A DNA stretch of 64,000 bases, from contig MU004234.1 in the NCBI GenBank assembly GCA_010405405.1, forward strand, positions 230,993 to 294,992, given 5' to 3'. Positions 1-12,275 of this stretch are shown piece after piece. Under the pieces are notes generated by a model that saw nothing but the letters and a program-made list of their open reading frames with translations, did not search any database and was not told the origin of the DNA. Position 1 is the stretch's first letter; every line of letters begins with the position of its first letter. This DNA comes from Microthyrium microscopicum. Taxonomy: Eukaryota. The position numbers and the translations under genes were made by a program.

Positions 1-3000
1 TTGAGGAAGCAATGATCTCGGCACGACAATTCTAACCAGCTGTTGAGTGTTGGCGAGAACAGAGGCAACCATTGGAATGATGACGGAGGTTTTGCCAAGT
101 CCCATATTCATTTGCAGAACACTGTTTTGTCCCGTGGCAGGATCGATTGTAGCGAGGGCTACATCGACTTGATCCGGACGTATCAGAATATTGGACTCGA
201 TCTCCAAGAGTAGCCAATCCGTGTACTTCTCGGGGTTCCAGTTAGCATGCGCAACGGTTCGTAACTCAGTACGCATTCTGCCTGGCACTGACGAAGTCTG
301 AGCTTCTTTAATTCTGAAGAGCTGCTGGAGAGTGGTGATAGTGAGCGCGAATTTGACCAAGGCCTCTTTCATTCCTCGTCCAAAACTCGCCTTGAGGTTC
401 GTCCGAAGTAGTTCTAACAGAGAACATGTTGTCAATGGCGGATATAGCCCGCCTGTGATGAGCCATTGCTCTTGTCCGTCGCCAGCAAGCAAAGCCTGGG
501 TGATGCGCGAAAAGAGCCCCTGTTTTTTCTTTTCTGTATCCTTGATGGCTTTTTCAAGCCACGATGATACATCCGCGTTCAGGTCTTGAGATATCGTGGC
601 AGTATGCCCAATTTTCTCAAGCGCATCTAGACTAGACAAGAGATCGGAAAAGTAATGGTTGCGAACGACGGACGGACTTTCCCGCATTTTGATTGCAATC
701 GACGCGAGTTCTTCACTTTCTGGGGATCGAGGAGAGTTGGGCTGCTTAGTGAGAGGTGAAGGCAGCTTGTGAAATGTCCCACCAAATTGTGTCGCCAGCG
801 ATATCATACTAGAGGTCTTGAAAACCCAGGTGCATTGCTTTCCCAAGAGGTCTTTCGATATTGATCGAGTACTGATGAAATATGACTTGGGAATAAGCGT
901 GGTAGTAGGGCTGCGAAGCTTGACAAGCTGAAGGTCCTCAGGGGTCCGGTTGGCTCTGAGCTCTTTTTGGACAGCTTTGATATATTCGGACAGCTCGTAG
1001 TTGTGAAACAGGCGAAGCCACTCCGTTAGAATGGCTGACTTGATCTTAGAGATATCTTCCGATACGTAACCATTCGGAAACAGCTCTAACAAGTTTTGGA
1101 ACTCTGGCTCTGGACAAGGCCATTGCGAAATTAGGTGCTCTGCAAGTGTAATCGCATGCGAATCAAACTCCTCTTTGCGCTTTCTTTCCACAACAACAAG
1201 ATCAAAGAATGGTGATCGCGTTACTACGCTTGTTGGGAGTGCCCATTTGTTCTTGAGTGGAGTAATAAGGCCAAGTAATGACTCAATCGTTGGGATTTCG
1301 CCACGACGAAAGTCAGTATACGATGCCCCTGATGGAATCTTGAGAGCTTTTAGCTTTCCGTTCACTGCGAAGGCAAGCAAAACACGAATTAAGTGAAGGT
1401 TAAGCTTATGCCGAAAAGAAATCGTGCTGAGCAGAAACAACAAGTTATATAGCTGCTTCTTGGTCGACTTCATGCAACGCTGAATAAGAGAGCCAAATTC
1501 AGTCGCAAAACTCAGATCAAGAGAGGCGCTGAGAGATGATCCGGAAAATTCGGTCTGAAACCCTTGAATCAAGGGCCATTGCTCCAGGATCTCGGCTAGG
1601 TCTGTCGTCGTTTTTGAAAGGTTCGGCCACGAGCGCACCAGACTTGCTGTATACAAGGCGTTGATGGCGGCATTGTCTCGAAGTCCTCGGTCACGAGAAT
1701 CATAAACGCGGTCGGTGATCTTGATATCTGAGCTGGGAACATTGAGAGGCCGTTCGTACAATTGTCTCCGGCTGTAAGCTCGTTCGAGTAGGTGTTGATT
1801 ACCGGGCTCTGGAAGACGTACAAGTGACTTGCTCTTGAGAGTGAATGCTGCGAGGGCGTTTGAAGCTTGACATATGGAAGCTGCGATGAGGGCATAAGCT
1901 TCGTGTTGCATGGACAATCCAAAGTTGGGATCACGGCTTGTCGTTGACAGAAACTTGATTCCTTTGGGGTAGTAGCCTCGCTTCGGACTCAATCGGGCGA
2001 TTGCCTGAATAAATAGCCAGGCTGCAGGTTCGATAGGGGCCCATGGCTGATACGCACCGGAAGTCAACAAACTCACAGCTTCTTCAGTCCCGGTGCGTTT
2101 GGTCAAAGGATCTGGCACAGCAGATGAAGTATAGGCATGTACCATGGCCTTGAAATAGAGTAGTCGAGGCTCCGATGCACACTCGATTCTTCCCAGCAGC
2201 TCATTGATAGTGAAGAGTCCATAGTCTCCGTTATTGTGAACGGTCAATTTGACATGACCTGAGCGGCGCTGACAGCTCAAGTCCCCAATGGGAGTAATGA
2301 TCTTCCGCACTCGTTGGGTTTGCTTTTTGAGATCCCAGAGGACGAGTTTTGAATCAAGTCCGTACCAGGTCAACGCGTCTTGGTCTTTACAGATTTCTGC
2401 ATGGAGCTGATCGCATATCAGTTTACCATGTGGAGTCACCCGAAATGTCAACTGAAAGCGCTTCAGATCAACAAATATGACCTGTTGGTCATTGCGGTAG
2501 ATGGTAAGCTCAGAAGCTTGCTCGAAGTCTGCGAAAATTGCCGATATTTGCTGCGCGACTGGACTTAGCGGATTAATGAGGGTGTGTGCTCCTCGTTTGG
2601 ATGTTAGCGATGTGGCTGTCCGCGACTTCCATCCCAGAAGCCAATTTCGAGAATGCTTTACCCAGAATGCAGGCGCTGGTCGGATTTCCAGCATTTCGGT
2701 CTCAAGATTGAGCCAATGTGAGCAGTCTTTAACAAGGCTAAAGGGCAAGTCATGGTCGCCGAACACTGTTTGTGGGATCAATTCGTATTCTGATCCTTCA
2801 TATCGCACATGTACAATCACCGTCTTGTTTCGGAAACCGATATGAATTTCGTGTCCCTCGGGATTGTTAGCCAGAACATAGGTCATGTTATGTAAGTCCG
2901 AGGGGAGAGTTAGTAGACCTTGCTGACCGAAAAGCTGCTGCAAAATGGGATTCTCGCGAATGGTCACCGGAAGTCGTCCCAAGGAGAGGTAATCGATGCG

Positions 3001-6000
3001 CAAATTGCCTCGGAGAATGTGAAAGTGCACAACCTGTGCTTTGGTGTCTACACTTCCAGTTGTATGCATTTCTACCCATCCATCGCGCTCATCTTCCAGG
3101 AAAATGGGGTTGGAGTACGTTCTTCTAGTCGTGCCTTTGGACTCGGGCCAGTGCTCATTGACTGCAGCCATGAAGCCCTCTGGGTGTTGCGTTATGGAAT
3201 CTTTCACCACTTGCTGCGTGAGCCAGGTTGCTTTGATATCTCTCACTAGAGCGCTTTTCAAAAGGCATGGTTTGGCCAATTCTTCACCAACATCAAAGCT
3301 GTTCTGGATGGTGATGGCACAGCTGATAAACTGGCTAAGAAGAATAGGAGAGAGAATCTGACCCGAGTTCAAGTCTGGCCAGTACGTACGACGGCACAAC
3401 AAGCTGGCCCACAGAGCATATCCAAAATAAACACGAGAAGCCTCAAAATCATCTTTGGTTTGCTGAGCTTCCTCTCGAAGCTGTCGGATCCAGCTCAATG
3501 TGACAGCTCTCGCTTTCAGCAGCAACGTTTGGGCAATGGCCGCGTGGACTCCGAAGCCTAACAGTCGCGAAATGAGGGTTATGAGCGTTTCCATGGCATG
3601 ATTTTCACGCCAGTTTGCTGTGATAGCATCGAGGCGCAAATCAATTTGGGCACAAAGCAACTCGCAGAGCGATTTGTGGATGAGTAAATGATTAGCATCT
3701 CGCAGAAAGCCGACAGTCGGGCCAACAGAGCCAACGTGGCAGATAAGTTGATCCAGAGCAATGGTAGTATCTTCTTTACTGAAGTTCATGGTCGGAGACA
3801 CCATTTCTATCAAGATTTTCAACCAGCGGTTGTTTATGTCGGAACATAGAGTCTGATAGGATGTGAACTCGTGCACGTTGAATCCCTGTGGACACAACGG
3901 CTCTCTCGCCAGCACTTCATTCGAGCTTGGGCCTATTGAACTAAGAAGCGAATCAAATACCGGCTCAAGTGACTTGATGGGAGAGGTTGTGTTTAGACGA
4001 AAAGTACACATGTGCGAAAAGAAGGGGTGGCTTGGTCTTCTGCTAGTCCAAGTCTTGGATGAGTTGTCAAAGTACTCGAGCGTTAGTGCATTTGGCAGGC
4101 AAACCGATTCTAGAGGAGTTGGAAAGTCGATCTTTTTGTAATGGGTCCCGGTGAAGACTTTCGTTGTCGATGCCAATCCAACTCCCATAACCGTTCGCTT
4201 GAAGTAATTCTTCATCGGCTCAAACTCATGAAGAGTGACGGGTGGAGATTGAGTATCCATCTTGTCTGGAGGCAATGCAATAGTTGCAATGATAGTCCAG
4301 GTTACAGACCGATAAGCTTCCAGTGCGTTGGGACACAGTAACTCAAAAATCACAGCCTTAGCACTGGTGGAATCTTCAGGTAGGAAATTCTCGTGGATGA
4401 AAATCTTTGTCCGCCTCATACATCGCAAGTGGTAGCAGCGATCGCATTCCTTTCTGAGGTCCTTATCTTGGCGACCCTTAACAAAACAATCGTGGACGGA
4501 TGACAGAAATTCGTCGTGCTCTTCGGCATAGTAATCATTAGATTTTGTCCATTCGGCTTGTTTTTCTTTCTTGGCTGCAGCTGATTCCAAATTGATTTTT
4601 TCACGCAGAGCCTTGAACTTTTCCACATAATCTTCCTGTTCGTAAAACTTCTCTGCAAAGCAACCTTTGCTTGGACCGTCAAAAATAGAGACCTTTGGGT
4701 ACTCCAAGTCGGCTGTGCGAGTGCTCAAATAGCCTTGAATCGCATTGAGACGAATGATATCTTCCTTTTCAGAAAGAATCAGAAAATTGAGCTGCTCTGA
4801 GCGGAATAGTGGATTGTATGCAGATAGCAATGGGTAAGCGGCACAAGCATACTTATCCATGCAGACCCACAGCTCCATGATAGATAGTATCATGACACCG
4901 CACTGCCGAGGATTGCTGACATATGCATCTTGGCACAGTTCTATGTACTCTTGGAGTCGGGTTGCAAATGAGAGACAAGCCGTCGCGCTGTTACCAGCTG
5001 GAGTTGGATTTTTGCACGCGGATTGGTTCTCATGCTCCACTTGGGCTAACGAGTGATAACGGCTGGCAATTCGATCAAAACTCTCTTCCGACGTATCGAG
5101 TTCTAGATCACCGGTAACTGGGGCCATGCTAGCGGTGGTGCCATCTCGGCGTGCCTTTGCGTGGTCCAGAACTTCGGATAGGTAATGCTCGGAGTTGGGT
5201 AGCGGTAGCAACAACTCTCCGGCTGCTGCCTGTCCTGGCACTGAAGGCACTCGACGGCAGAATAGACTTTTCTCTTTTCCGAACTTCTTTGTCATGTATT
5301 TATCGGCCGATTTGATTGCGGAGCGGAATTTGGGCGCAAATTGTCTGAATCGATCATGCCAGATAGTGCTTTGAATACCGCGCAAGAGAGTCCCCAACTT
5401 TGATAAACGGCGAGCAAATTTTGCCTTCACCAGATTGGTGAGGTCAATGGACAAGTTCTCAGAGACACAATCGTTGAGAAGTTTCATCATGAAGATACAG
5501 AAAAGTAATTTGTAGCAGGCGCGTCCCGGCTCGGCTCCAAGTCTCTCTGTCAACTGACGAAGAACTCCGACTCGAAGAACAAGCCATCTTCCAGATCTTC
5601 GCCATGGCAAGTCTAGGCCCTCTTTCCAGCAGACATCGTCTCGAATTCGTTTTCGCAGTGCTGGGGGATACACTCTCTCGCCAAGTGCCTCAATCATTGT
5701 GATGAATAAAGACGTGATCAGTGCTGGATTCACGCTCTCGCGTTTCTCGTAAGTTTCCGTGCCGGCTTTGAGAGCAAAAAGTGCAAACCGCTTGACCGAT
5801 TCCGTGCTGCATTGATCGAGGAAAGCAGCCACTTCGAGTTGGAAAGAGGGATCGCAGAAAGTTGAGTATGGGATTTGGGCCGCGCCTTGAGAGAAAAACG
5901 TCCATTCTAGAGCATTAGACGAATCTAGCACCTTCTCTGACTTCGCGGAAGCTTCAGTTGCTTCAAAGCGAACCGTATCTTCTTCTCCCCTGTTGAATTT

Positions 6001-6396
6001 AGTAACTTGATAAGCTGAATAGAGTGTGGGAGCATACCGAACGATGCGTCGAATGAAAAGCCCAGAATTTTGCTCAGCAATGTACACAATGATAGTGCTG
6101 TTTGGTTGCAGTCCACGGATTTCGTTAAGGAGAGACTCCCGAATGACATACCCATCTGCGTGAATGGACTGAGATATGCGTAAAACCCCTCGAACTGCGT
6201 CCCAGACACGATAGCCTTTGTGGGGATCGAAGTCTCGGATGTCGATGGCAGCTTTAGTGAGACGAACATTGAGATTATCTTCAATGTAGCTGCGATACTT
6301 TTCTTGCTCGTGGGGGAGGTTTGTGTGCAAACACACATGGTCCACCACCGATTCAAGAAGGCGCGAGTCGCTTGGGGCCTCGTCCATCGCCTCCAT
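1..6396 (-). CDS. Giant DUF6606/DUF3638(/DUF3645)-family protein, partial (3' end beyond the left edge)
   Basis: Hand translation from ATG 6396 (MEAMDEAPSDSRLLESVVDHVCLHTNLP) is open through KRIRDDVCWKEGLDLPWRRSGRWLVLRVG (~5600, DUF6606-like). The same frame at 120-1 reads VLQMNMGLGKTSVIIPMVASVLANTQQLVRIVVP (DUF3638 P-loop-like). The ORF track reports no ORF in this frame, consistent with no stop before the edge. Probable in-frame 48-nt intron at 5990-6037. Confidence 0.85.
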   Translation of the reverse strand, partial: MEAMDEAPSDSRLLESVVDHVCLHTNLPHEQEKYRSYIEDNLNVRLTKAAIDIRDFDPHKGYRVWDAVRGVLRISQSIHADGYVIRESLLNEIRGLQPNSTIIVYIAEQNSGLFIRRIVRYAPTLYSAYQVTKFNRGEEDTVRFEATEASAKSEKVLDSSNALEWTFFSQGAAQIPYSTFCDPSFQLEVAAFLDQCSTESVKRFALFALKAGTETYEKRESVNPALITSLFITMIEALGERVYPPALRKRIRDDVCWKEGLDLPWRRSGRWLVLRVGVLRQLTERLGAEPGRACYKLLFCIFMMKLLNDCVSENLSIDLTNLVKAKFARRLSKLGTLLRGIQSTIWHDRFRQFAPKFRSAIKSADKYMTKKFGKEKSLFCRRVPSVPGQAAAGELLLPLPNSEHYLSEVLDHAKARRDGTTASMAPVTGDLELDTSEESFDRIASRYHSLAQVEHENQSACKNPTPAGNSATACLSFATRLQEYIELCQDAYVSNPRQCGVMILSIMELWVCMDKYACAAYPLLSAYNPLFRSEQLNFLILSEKEDIIRLNAIQGYLSTRTADLEYPKVSIFDGPSKGCFAEKFYEQEDYVEKFKALREKINLESAAAKKEKQAEWTKSNDYYAEEHDEFLSSVHDCFVKGRQDKDLRKECDRCYHLRCMRRTKIFIHENFLPEDSTSAKAVIFELLCPNALEAYRSVTWTIIATIALPPDKMDTQSPPVTLHEFEPMKNYFKRTVMGVGLASTTKVFTGTHYKKIDFPTPLESVCLPNALTLEYFDNSSKTWTSRRPSHPFFSHMCTFRLNTTSPIKSLEPVFDSLLSSIGPSSNEVLAREPLCPQGFNVHEFTSYQTLCSDINNRWLKILIEMVSPTMNFSKEDTTIALDQLICHVGSVGPTVGFLRDANHLLIHKSLCELLCAQIDLRLDAITANWRENHAMETLITLISRLLGFGVHAAIAQTLLLKARAVTLSWIRQLREEAQQTKDDFEASRVYFGYALWASLLCRRTYWPDLNSGQILSPILLSQFISCAITIQNSFDVGEELAKPCLLKSALVRDIKATWLTQQVVKDSITQHPEGFMAAVNEHWPESKGTTRRTYSNPIFLEDERDGWVEMHTTGSVDTKAQVVHFHILRGNLRIDYLSLGRLPVTIRENPILQQLFGQQGLLTLPSDLHNMTYVLANNPEGHEIHIGFRNKTVIVHVRYEGSEYELIPQTVFGDHDLPFSLVKDCSHWLNLETEMLEIRPAPAFWVKHSRNWLLGWKSRTATSLTSKRGAHTLINPLSPVAQQISAIFADFEQASELTIYRNDQQVIFVDLKRFQLTFRVTPHGKLICDQLHAEICKDQDALTWYGLDSKLVLWDLKKQTQRVRKIITPIGDLSCQRRSGHVKLTVHNNGDYGLFTINELLGRIECASEPRLLYFKAMVHAYTSSAVPDPLTKRTGTEEAVSLLTSGAYQPWAPIEPAAWLFIQAIARLSPKRGYYPKGIKFLSTTSRDPNFGLSMQHEAYALIAASICQASNALAAFTLKSKSLVRLPEPGNQHLLERAYSRRQLYERPLNVPSSDIKITDRVYDSRDRGLRDNAAINALYTASLVRSWPNLSKTTTDLAEILEQWPLIQGFQTEFSGSSLSASLDLSFATEFGSLIQRCMKSTKKQLYNLLFLLSTISFRHKLNLHLIRVLLAFAVNGKLKALKIPSGASYTDFRRGEIPTIESLLGLITPLKNKWALPTSVVTRSPFFDLVVVERKRKEEFDSHAITLAEHLISQWPCPEPEFQNLLELFPNGYVSEDISKIKSAILTEWLRLFHNYELSEYIKAVQKELRANRTPEDLQLVKLRSPTTTLIPKSYFISTRSISKDLLGKQCTWVFKTSSMISLATQFGGTFHKLPSPLTKQPNSPRSPESEELASIAIKMRESPSVVRNHYFSDLLSSLDALEKIGHTATISQDLNADVSSWLEKAIKDTEKKKQGLFSRITQALLAGDGQEQWLITGGLYPPLTTCSLLELLRTNLKASFGRGMKEALVKFALTITTLQQLFRIKEAQTSSVPGRMRTELRTVAHANWNPEKYTDWLLLEIESNILIRPDQVDVALATIDPATGQNSVLQMNMGLGKTSVIIPMVASVLANTQQLVRIVVPRSLLPQ

Positions 6397-9226
6397 AGCG
6401 ACGGAAGATGGTTGGTCAGTGGCGTGTGCAAAGTGAGCGATATGAAAGAACCGAGTAAGTGAAGGAAGCTGAAAGCTGATTGAAAAGAGGCTTGAGAGAG
6501 AGTAAGGGTCAAGTCGAATTTGAAGCTGAAGGAAGAGAAGAAAACAACTTCCAAGGTCCAAAGGTTGGAGGAGGGCAAATTGCTGTGGGTGCCTAAACTA
6601 GCTCTTGGAAACATGGAAAGCACGTTCTGCGTTGCTTCCAAAGTGGGCAATTCCTCCTTTGATCAATCCATTGTGAGGCAGTAGCAATGGACTCGAGGAG
6701 TGGGTGCTTCCTGCCTTGAAGGCGCGTGTTCTCATGGGCAACGCGGGTTGCCGCGTGGCGCGCTTAACTCTTGAAAGTCTCGTCTCCATTGAGCGCGTAG
6801 TGAGGGTGCTCAAAGGAAGAATGCGGAGAATTAGTGATAACTCTTCGAAAATGGCAATCGTGGCCAGGGTAGGTGACTGGAGGAAACTATTCCTGCTCTC
6901 CAGTGGTTGGAAGCCTGAATCCAAAGAGATCCACAGGGGAAGACACGGCTTCTGCTGAGCTATGATCTCAAGTCTGCGTCAAGATGACTTTGTAGATCTT
7001 GAAGACTGTGAAGACGAGAAGGTTCCCGCGCCGGATGACCACCATCGTCCCGAGTTTTAAAGGACATCTTCTCTGCTCCTCGCATTAACATGAAGTAGCT
7101 CAGGAAGAGTTATGAAGCAACACTCCAGGGCTCAGCTATCCAAATTGACAATTTGATCCGAATTGTTGAAATGTCGGGAGAAGGTAGAAGAAGAAAGTGT
7201 GGCCTGAAATATATGATCTTGGTCCGTCTGTATCTGCCTAAACCTCAGAAATAGCCCCGCTGGAGATGTCATGAGATCATTCAGTTCGTCTTTGACTTGC
7301 ATATGCCTAGCTCTTTCTCCGGAACGCATCTCCTTTCTTCTTTCTACATATGAAAAATAGCTCTATGGAGTCAGAATGTATTAGATATGTTAAACTGCCA
7401 GCAAGATCTAATTCACTGTCACATTTCCAGAAGTAAACTACGTTTTGTCCGTGGGCGAGGAGAGATACGTATGGACATTCCGATGAGATATGTTAGCTAG
7501 CATGGCAGTGCATACATTGTTCGGGCACGAGAGATCATACAGAGCCCCAGTGGTTGTCTTCGAGGAGAGCACCTACGTCGGCCAAGAAGGATCGTGCTCT
7601 GAGAGATAACAATGGCCTGTGATATATTGGAGGAATCCCTAAGCCATGACGAACATGACAGCTCACGGCAGGTTCAAAAATACTCGACTTGAGAGGTAGA
7701 TAATGAATATCCTTGGACAGATGGTTTTCCGGTACGCTCCTATTCCACGCCTTCACACTGGAGTTGTACCTTTAATGGAATCCTATATCTCTTTGGTATG
7801 TAGGCATGAAGTACGAGGTTGGATCGCCCGGAAGAGATCATAAGGTCCAAATAAATGCCAGACGACAGGGCCAATCAAACCCGCGCACTTTCAAAGTGAC
7901 GGATGTATTTGCAGGGTTGATAAACAAGGCTATCGAATTCCGACTCGACACGATGGGTACTTATCATTGAGTTGGGCGAACAAGAGCTTCAGGGCGGCAA
8001 TCAAATTCACTTGGCTTCGGACAAATGGAACCGTTTCTTGTCAAAATGAAAAAGATGCCTGTATCCTGCCGTTGCTGGGTCTTTTAACTTCCAGTGATAA
8101 CGATATTATGTGGGTCGCGACAGATATTATCCAGCATTGTTTTGGAGCTGCGGGATTAATCAATGGAGACAGGATGAATTGCCGGTTTTACAGACTCCAG
8201 AGCCAGGGCATTCCACGGGCTTGGGTTTTGAGAGAGTACAGCGACAAATTGTGGGGTAGGCAGGAAGCTCAAAGTGAGCTCGCGTGCTCCATAGCCTAAT
8301 GAAGATCAGCCTCATGGTCAATATTTTGTTGGGAGGAAAGTGTATGGGAGGTTTTATACTTGTTGCTCTGCTGCCAAACTAACAGTCAAACTCTTGTTCG
8401 TGATTGCTGCGAGTTAAGCTGTTGCTGTTGTTTCAATATGATCATCGTTCCAGATTCTGCATTGGATACCTAGATGAAAATGATTTAAAGAGTGTGAATT
8501 TTCGGACAGAGTCGGGATGGTTTCATGTGAAATGAATGGCTACGCCTCATCCTACTGCCGGCCTCATGATTTCTTCAGGGATCGTATACTGCGGGGAGTT
8601 GGATCGGGAACTGCTGCAGCGTGGAGCTGGCTGTGTCTTTCCATCTTGCAATCAAGCGGGAGCGCTTGTCATTGACATCGAACACCTCGCAACTCATCGA
8701 CTCTCCAGCGTTTGTTGGATATAGGCGTTCAGTGTGACTTTTACCGGCGTTGAGGGATAGACTTGGACGCGTTTTGCTACAAGATATCAAGGGCATGAGC
8801 TTTGGAGTCGTGTCGCCCTAGGCAAGCACGGGCCCATCGATGTCATGGTTTCAGCGAACATTTCCGCAGCGCGGAAGAATACGGCATTACCTCCTCGGTA
8901 GCAAAGGAGCAAGGCCGACAAGCAACCAATCACACAAGTATCGTGAAGTCAAGCAGCTGGACTTCGGGACCTGGGTCATTCAGCGCGCTGAGATCCCACG
9001 ACATTCGCTTTGTTGTATAAAAGCTTTGCGGGTGCCGCCGGTTCTGCCTCAATTGCCCTTTTCCAAAAATCTCCACTCCTCCTTGCTCCATCGTCAGGTG
9101 TTTGAACATTCATCCCATCACCTCTACAAGCCATCTTCCTTCAATCAAGGCTTAAGACGACATATATCAACATTACGGCACAATCCTCGTCATATCACTC
9201 CTCATCCACGCATCGCCACCGTCACA

Positions 9227-11640
9227 ATGGTTCCCACAGTAAATCAAACCACCCTTTATCCGCAGGGCATTGAGTAGGTCGACTCAACATTATACATGCC
9301 AACGGATTTATATTGACATTTGCTCCCAGGCCACAGCGAGAACACACAGAGATTGAAGAGGAGCTTCATGAGACCGCTCACATCGACTACGACCGTGTTT
9401 CAATTGTGGGTTCCACATCAAACGCAATTGGCTTTCGAAGGTTTGCTAATTGTTTCTTAGGTTGCTAACCCACCGGTTGCTGCTCTCTACGAAGATGCTC
9501 TCGTGTACGAAACCGGCTCTGCCATCACATCCTCAGGAGCCTTGACAGCTTTCTCCGGAGCCAAGACTGGCCGCTCTCCATCAGACAAGAGAATTGTAGA
9601 AGAGGAAACTTCCAAGGACCACGTCTGGTGGGGACCTGTCAACAAGCCAATGTCGACTGAAGTGAGTTTTGCCAATTTTCTTTACCCTGCACTTTATTTG
9701 TCGGTGAAGAGCATTGAAAGTCAGCTGTCGTAAAAGGCGTTACGGGCTCGAGCTTTTGTCCAGCCTGTGATTCATCGGTTCAGCGGTCAACGTCACTTGA
9801 ACCTGGCCTGTAGGGTTGAAGTGTCGGTTGGATACGGCGAGACACGAGAAAAAAACCTCGGCGATTTCTGCATGCATTTTGAGAAATCGAGATTTGCCCC
9901 TCTCGCTTCTGCTGCCCCGCATTCGCTTAAACTTGCCCAGACTGGGCTCTGGCCAATGCTCTTTTAGCCCCTTTTTCTTTTGATGCTGCAGGGGTTTATG
10001 CAAGAAATGTCGACTAATTAACTGACAGGTCTGGCGAATTAACCGCGAACGTGCCATCGACTACCTCAACACCAGAAGTCGTATCTATGTTATCGATGGT
10101 TATGCTGGATGGGATCCAAAATACCGAATCTCAGTTCGTGTCGTCTGCGCGCGTGCTTACCATGCTCTCTTCATGCGTAACATGTTGATTCGACCAACTG
10201 CCGAACAACTCGAAGGCTTCCACCCCGACTATGTTATCTACAATGCTGGTGCTTTCCCAGCCAACCGATACACCAAGGGCATGACCTCTTCCACCTCGGT
10301 TGCTGTCAACTTTGCGGATAAGGAGATGGTTATTCTTGGTACGGAGTACGCCGGAGAGATGAAGAAGGGTATCTTCACCGTTCTCTTCTACGAAATGCCC
10401 GTCAAGCACAACGTGTTGACTCTCCACTCCTCTGCCAACCAAGGTCAAAGCGGAGATGTCACCGTCTTCTTCGGTCTTTCAGGTACTGGCAAGACCACTC
10501 TCTCTGCTGATCCCAAGCGTGCTTTGATCGGAGACGACGAGCATTGCTGGAGTGACACTGGCATCTTCAATATTGAAGGAGGTTGCTACGCCAAGTGCAT
10601 CGGTTTGTCTGGCGAGAAGGAACCAGATATCTACAACGCCATTCGTTTCGGATCCATCCTCGAGAACGTCGTTTTCGACCCCAACACTCGTGTTGTCGAC
10701 TATGATGACTCTACCCTCACTGAAAACACTCGATGGTAAGTCAAGTTCACTATACATTGATACAAATGAGCTAATAAACTTCAGTGCCTACCCAATTGAG
10801 TTCATCGAGAACACTCTCATTCCCTGCGTCTCCGATAACCACCCAACCAACATCATTCTCCTCACCTGTGATGCTCGTGGTGTCCTCCCACCAATCTCCA
10901 AACTCACCCGTGAGCAAACCATGTTCCACTTCATTTCCGGTTACACATCCAAGATGGCTGGTACAGAAGTTGGCATTACTGAGCCACAAGCTACTTTCTC
11001 CGCTTGCTTCGCTCAACCTTTCCTTGCTCTCCACCCCATGAAGTACGCCACCATGTTGGCTGAGAAGATGGCTCAACACAAGACCAACGTCTGGTTGCTT
11101 AACACCGGTTGGGTTGGTGCCGGTGCCTCCACTGGTGGCAAGCGTTGCCCACTCAAGTACACCCGCGCCATCCTCGATGCCATCCACTCCGGTGAACTCA
11201 TCAAGTCTGAGTACGAGACCTACCAGACCTTCAACCTCCAAGTACCCCAGACCTGCCCTGGAGTGCCCGACGAGCTCCTCAACCCTGCCAAATCATGGAC
11301 TGGCACCGCCAACTTCAACGAGGAAGTCAGCAAGCTCGCTGGTCTCTTCAACGAGAACTTCAAGAAGTACGCTGACCAAGCTACTCCCGATGTTATCGCT
11401 GCTGGACCTGTCGTTGCCGAGGCCAATGGCACTACCAACGGTGCAACCAATGGCCAATCTAATGGCGCTGCTGCTGCTGAAAAGCCAGTAGTGCCAGTCA
11501 CCGAGAGCGAGCCCAAATTCGTTGAGCAAACTGCTCAAGCACCCATGAAAGAGGCACCCGCCGCTGAGCAAGCTCCTCAAACGGAAGCACCCGCCGCCGA
11601 AGCCACTCCCGCTGCTCCTCAACCACAAGTCGCCCAATAG
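9227..11640 (+). CDS. PCK1: Phosphoenolpyruvate carboxykinase (ATP)
   Basis: Exons approx. 9227-9273, 9330-9405, 9461-9661, 10030-10735, 10785-11640. Motifs [50 protein letters not shown]. Confidence 0.97.
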
Positions 11641-12275
11641 GCGCATGTATAACGTCCTGTTTTCGTTTCGTTTTGCATTTTCCATATTCCCATATCCGTA
11701 TTGCACAGTTCTGGCAATTGAGTAATGAGACGATTGCGAACATGCTTTGATTGAGGACTTGATTGTCTCTTGATCAAGTATGAAAAAGTAGTTCTAGTGA
11801 TGGCAAAAATGTCACACTTGACTACAAACATATGCCCTTCTCTGTTGTACTCTGACAGTGGACTTGGGATTTTGGAGTTATTTCGGATGGGTTTGGGGGC
11901 GAAGGGGTTTGGGGGCAATGTTTTTTGAGTAGCCTTCTGTGCATAACGGCATTGGCATTGGCATCGGTTCGATCCAAAATGAAAAACTAGAGAATATCAA
12001 ATCGTGCTCAAGCAAATCATTTTCTTTATTTGTGCACTCATCTGTTGTGTCTGTTTGTAGGTCGTTCGGGTCACACACGGTATCTTCTCAAAGTGCTCCG
12101 TAGTATACTGTTACAAGACCTATCGAACAGTCTCACAGAGCTTCGAGTACGATTGGTATACAACAAAAGGAGGTACTTGGTGAGTGCATGCGTCGAAAGT
12201 GATGACCTGAGTGGAACTAATTTGATTCAGAGCCTACTCCATTCTAGCAGAATAATCCTTCTTCATCATTAGTAG

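Noticed and set aside
1..5905. Apparent decayed pseudogene of many short ORFs
   Set aside because: The listed ORFs are off-frame or antisense shadows; the true minus frame appears continuous and simply has no stop inside the window.
5925..6650. 241-aa ORF in the track
   Set aside because: Alternative frame overlapping the real start of the DUF6606-type gene; no recognisable motifs.
6960..9200. Short ORFs between the giant ORF and PCK1
   Set aside because: No recognisable domains; consistent with a long divergent promoter region.
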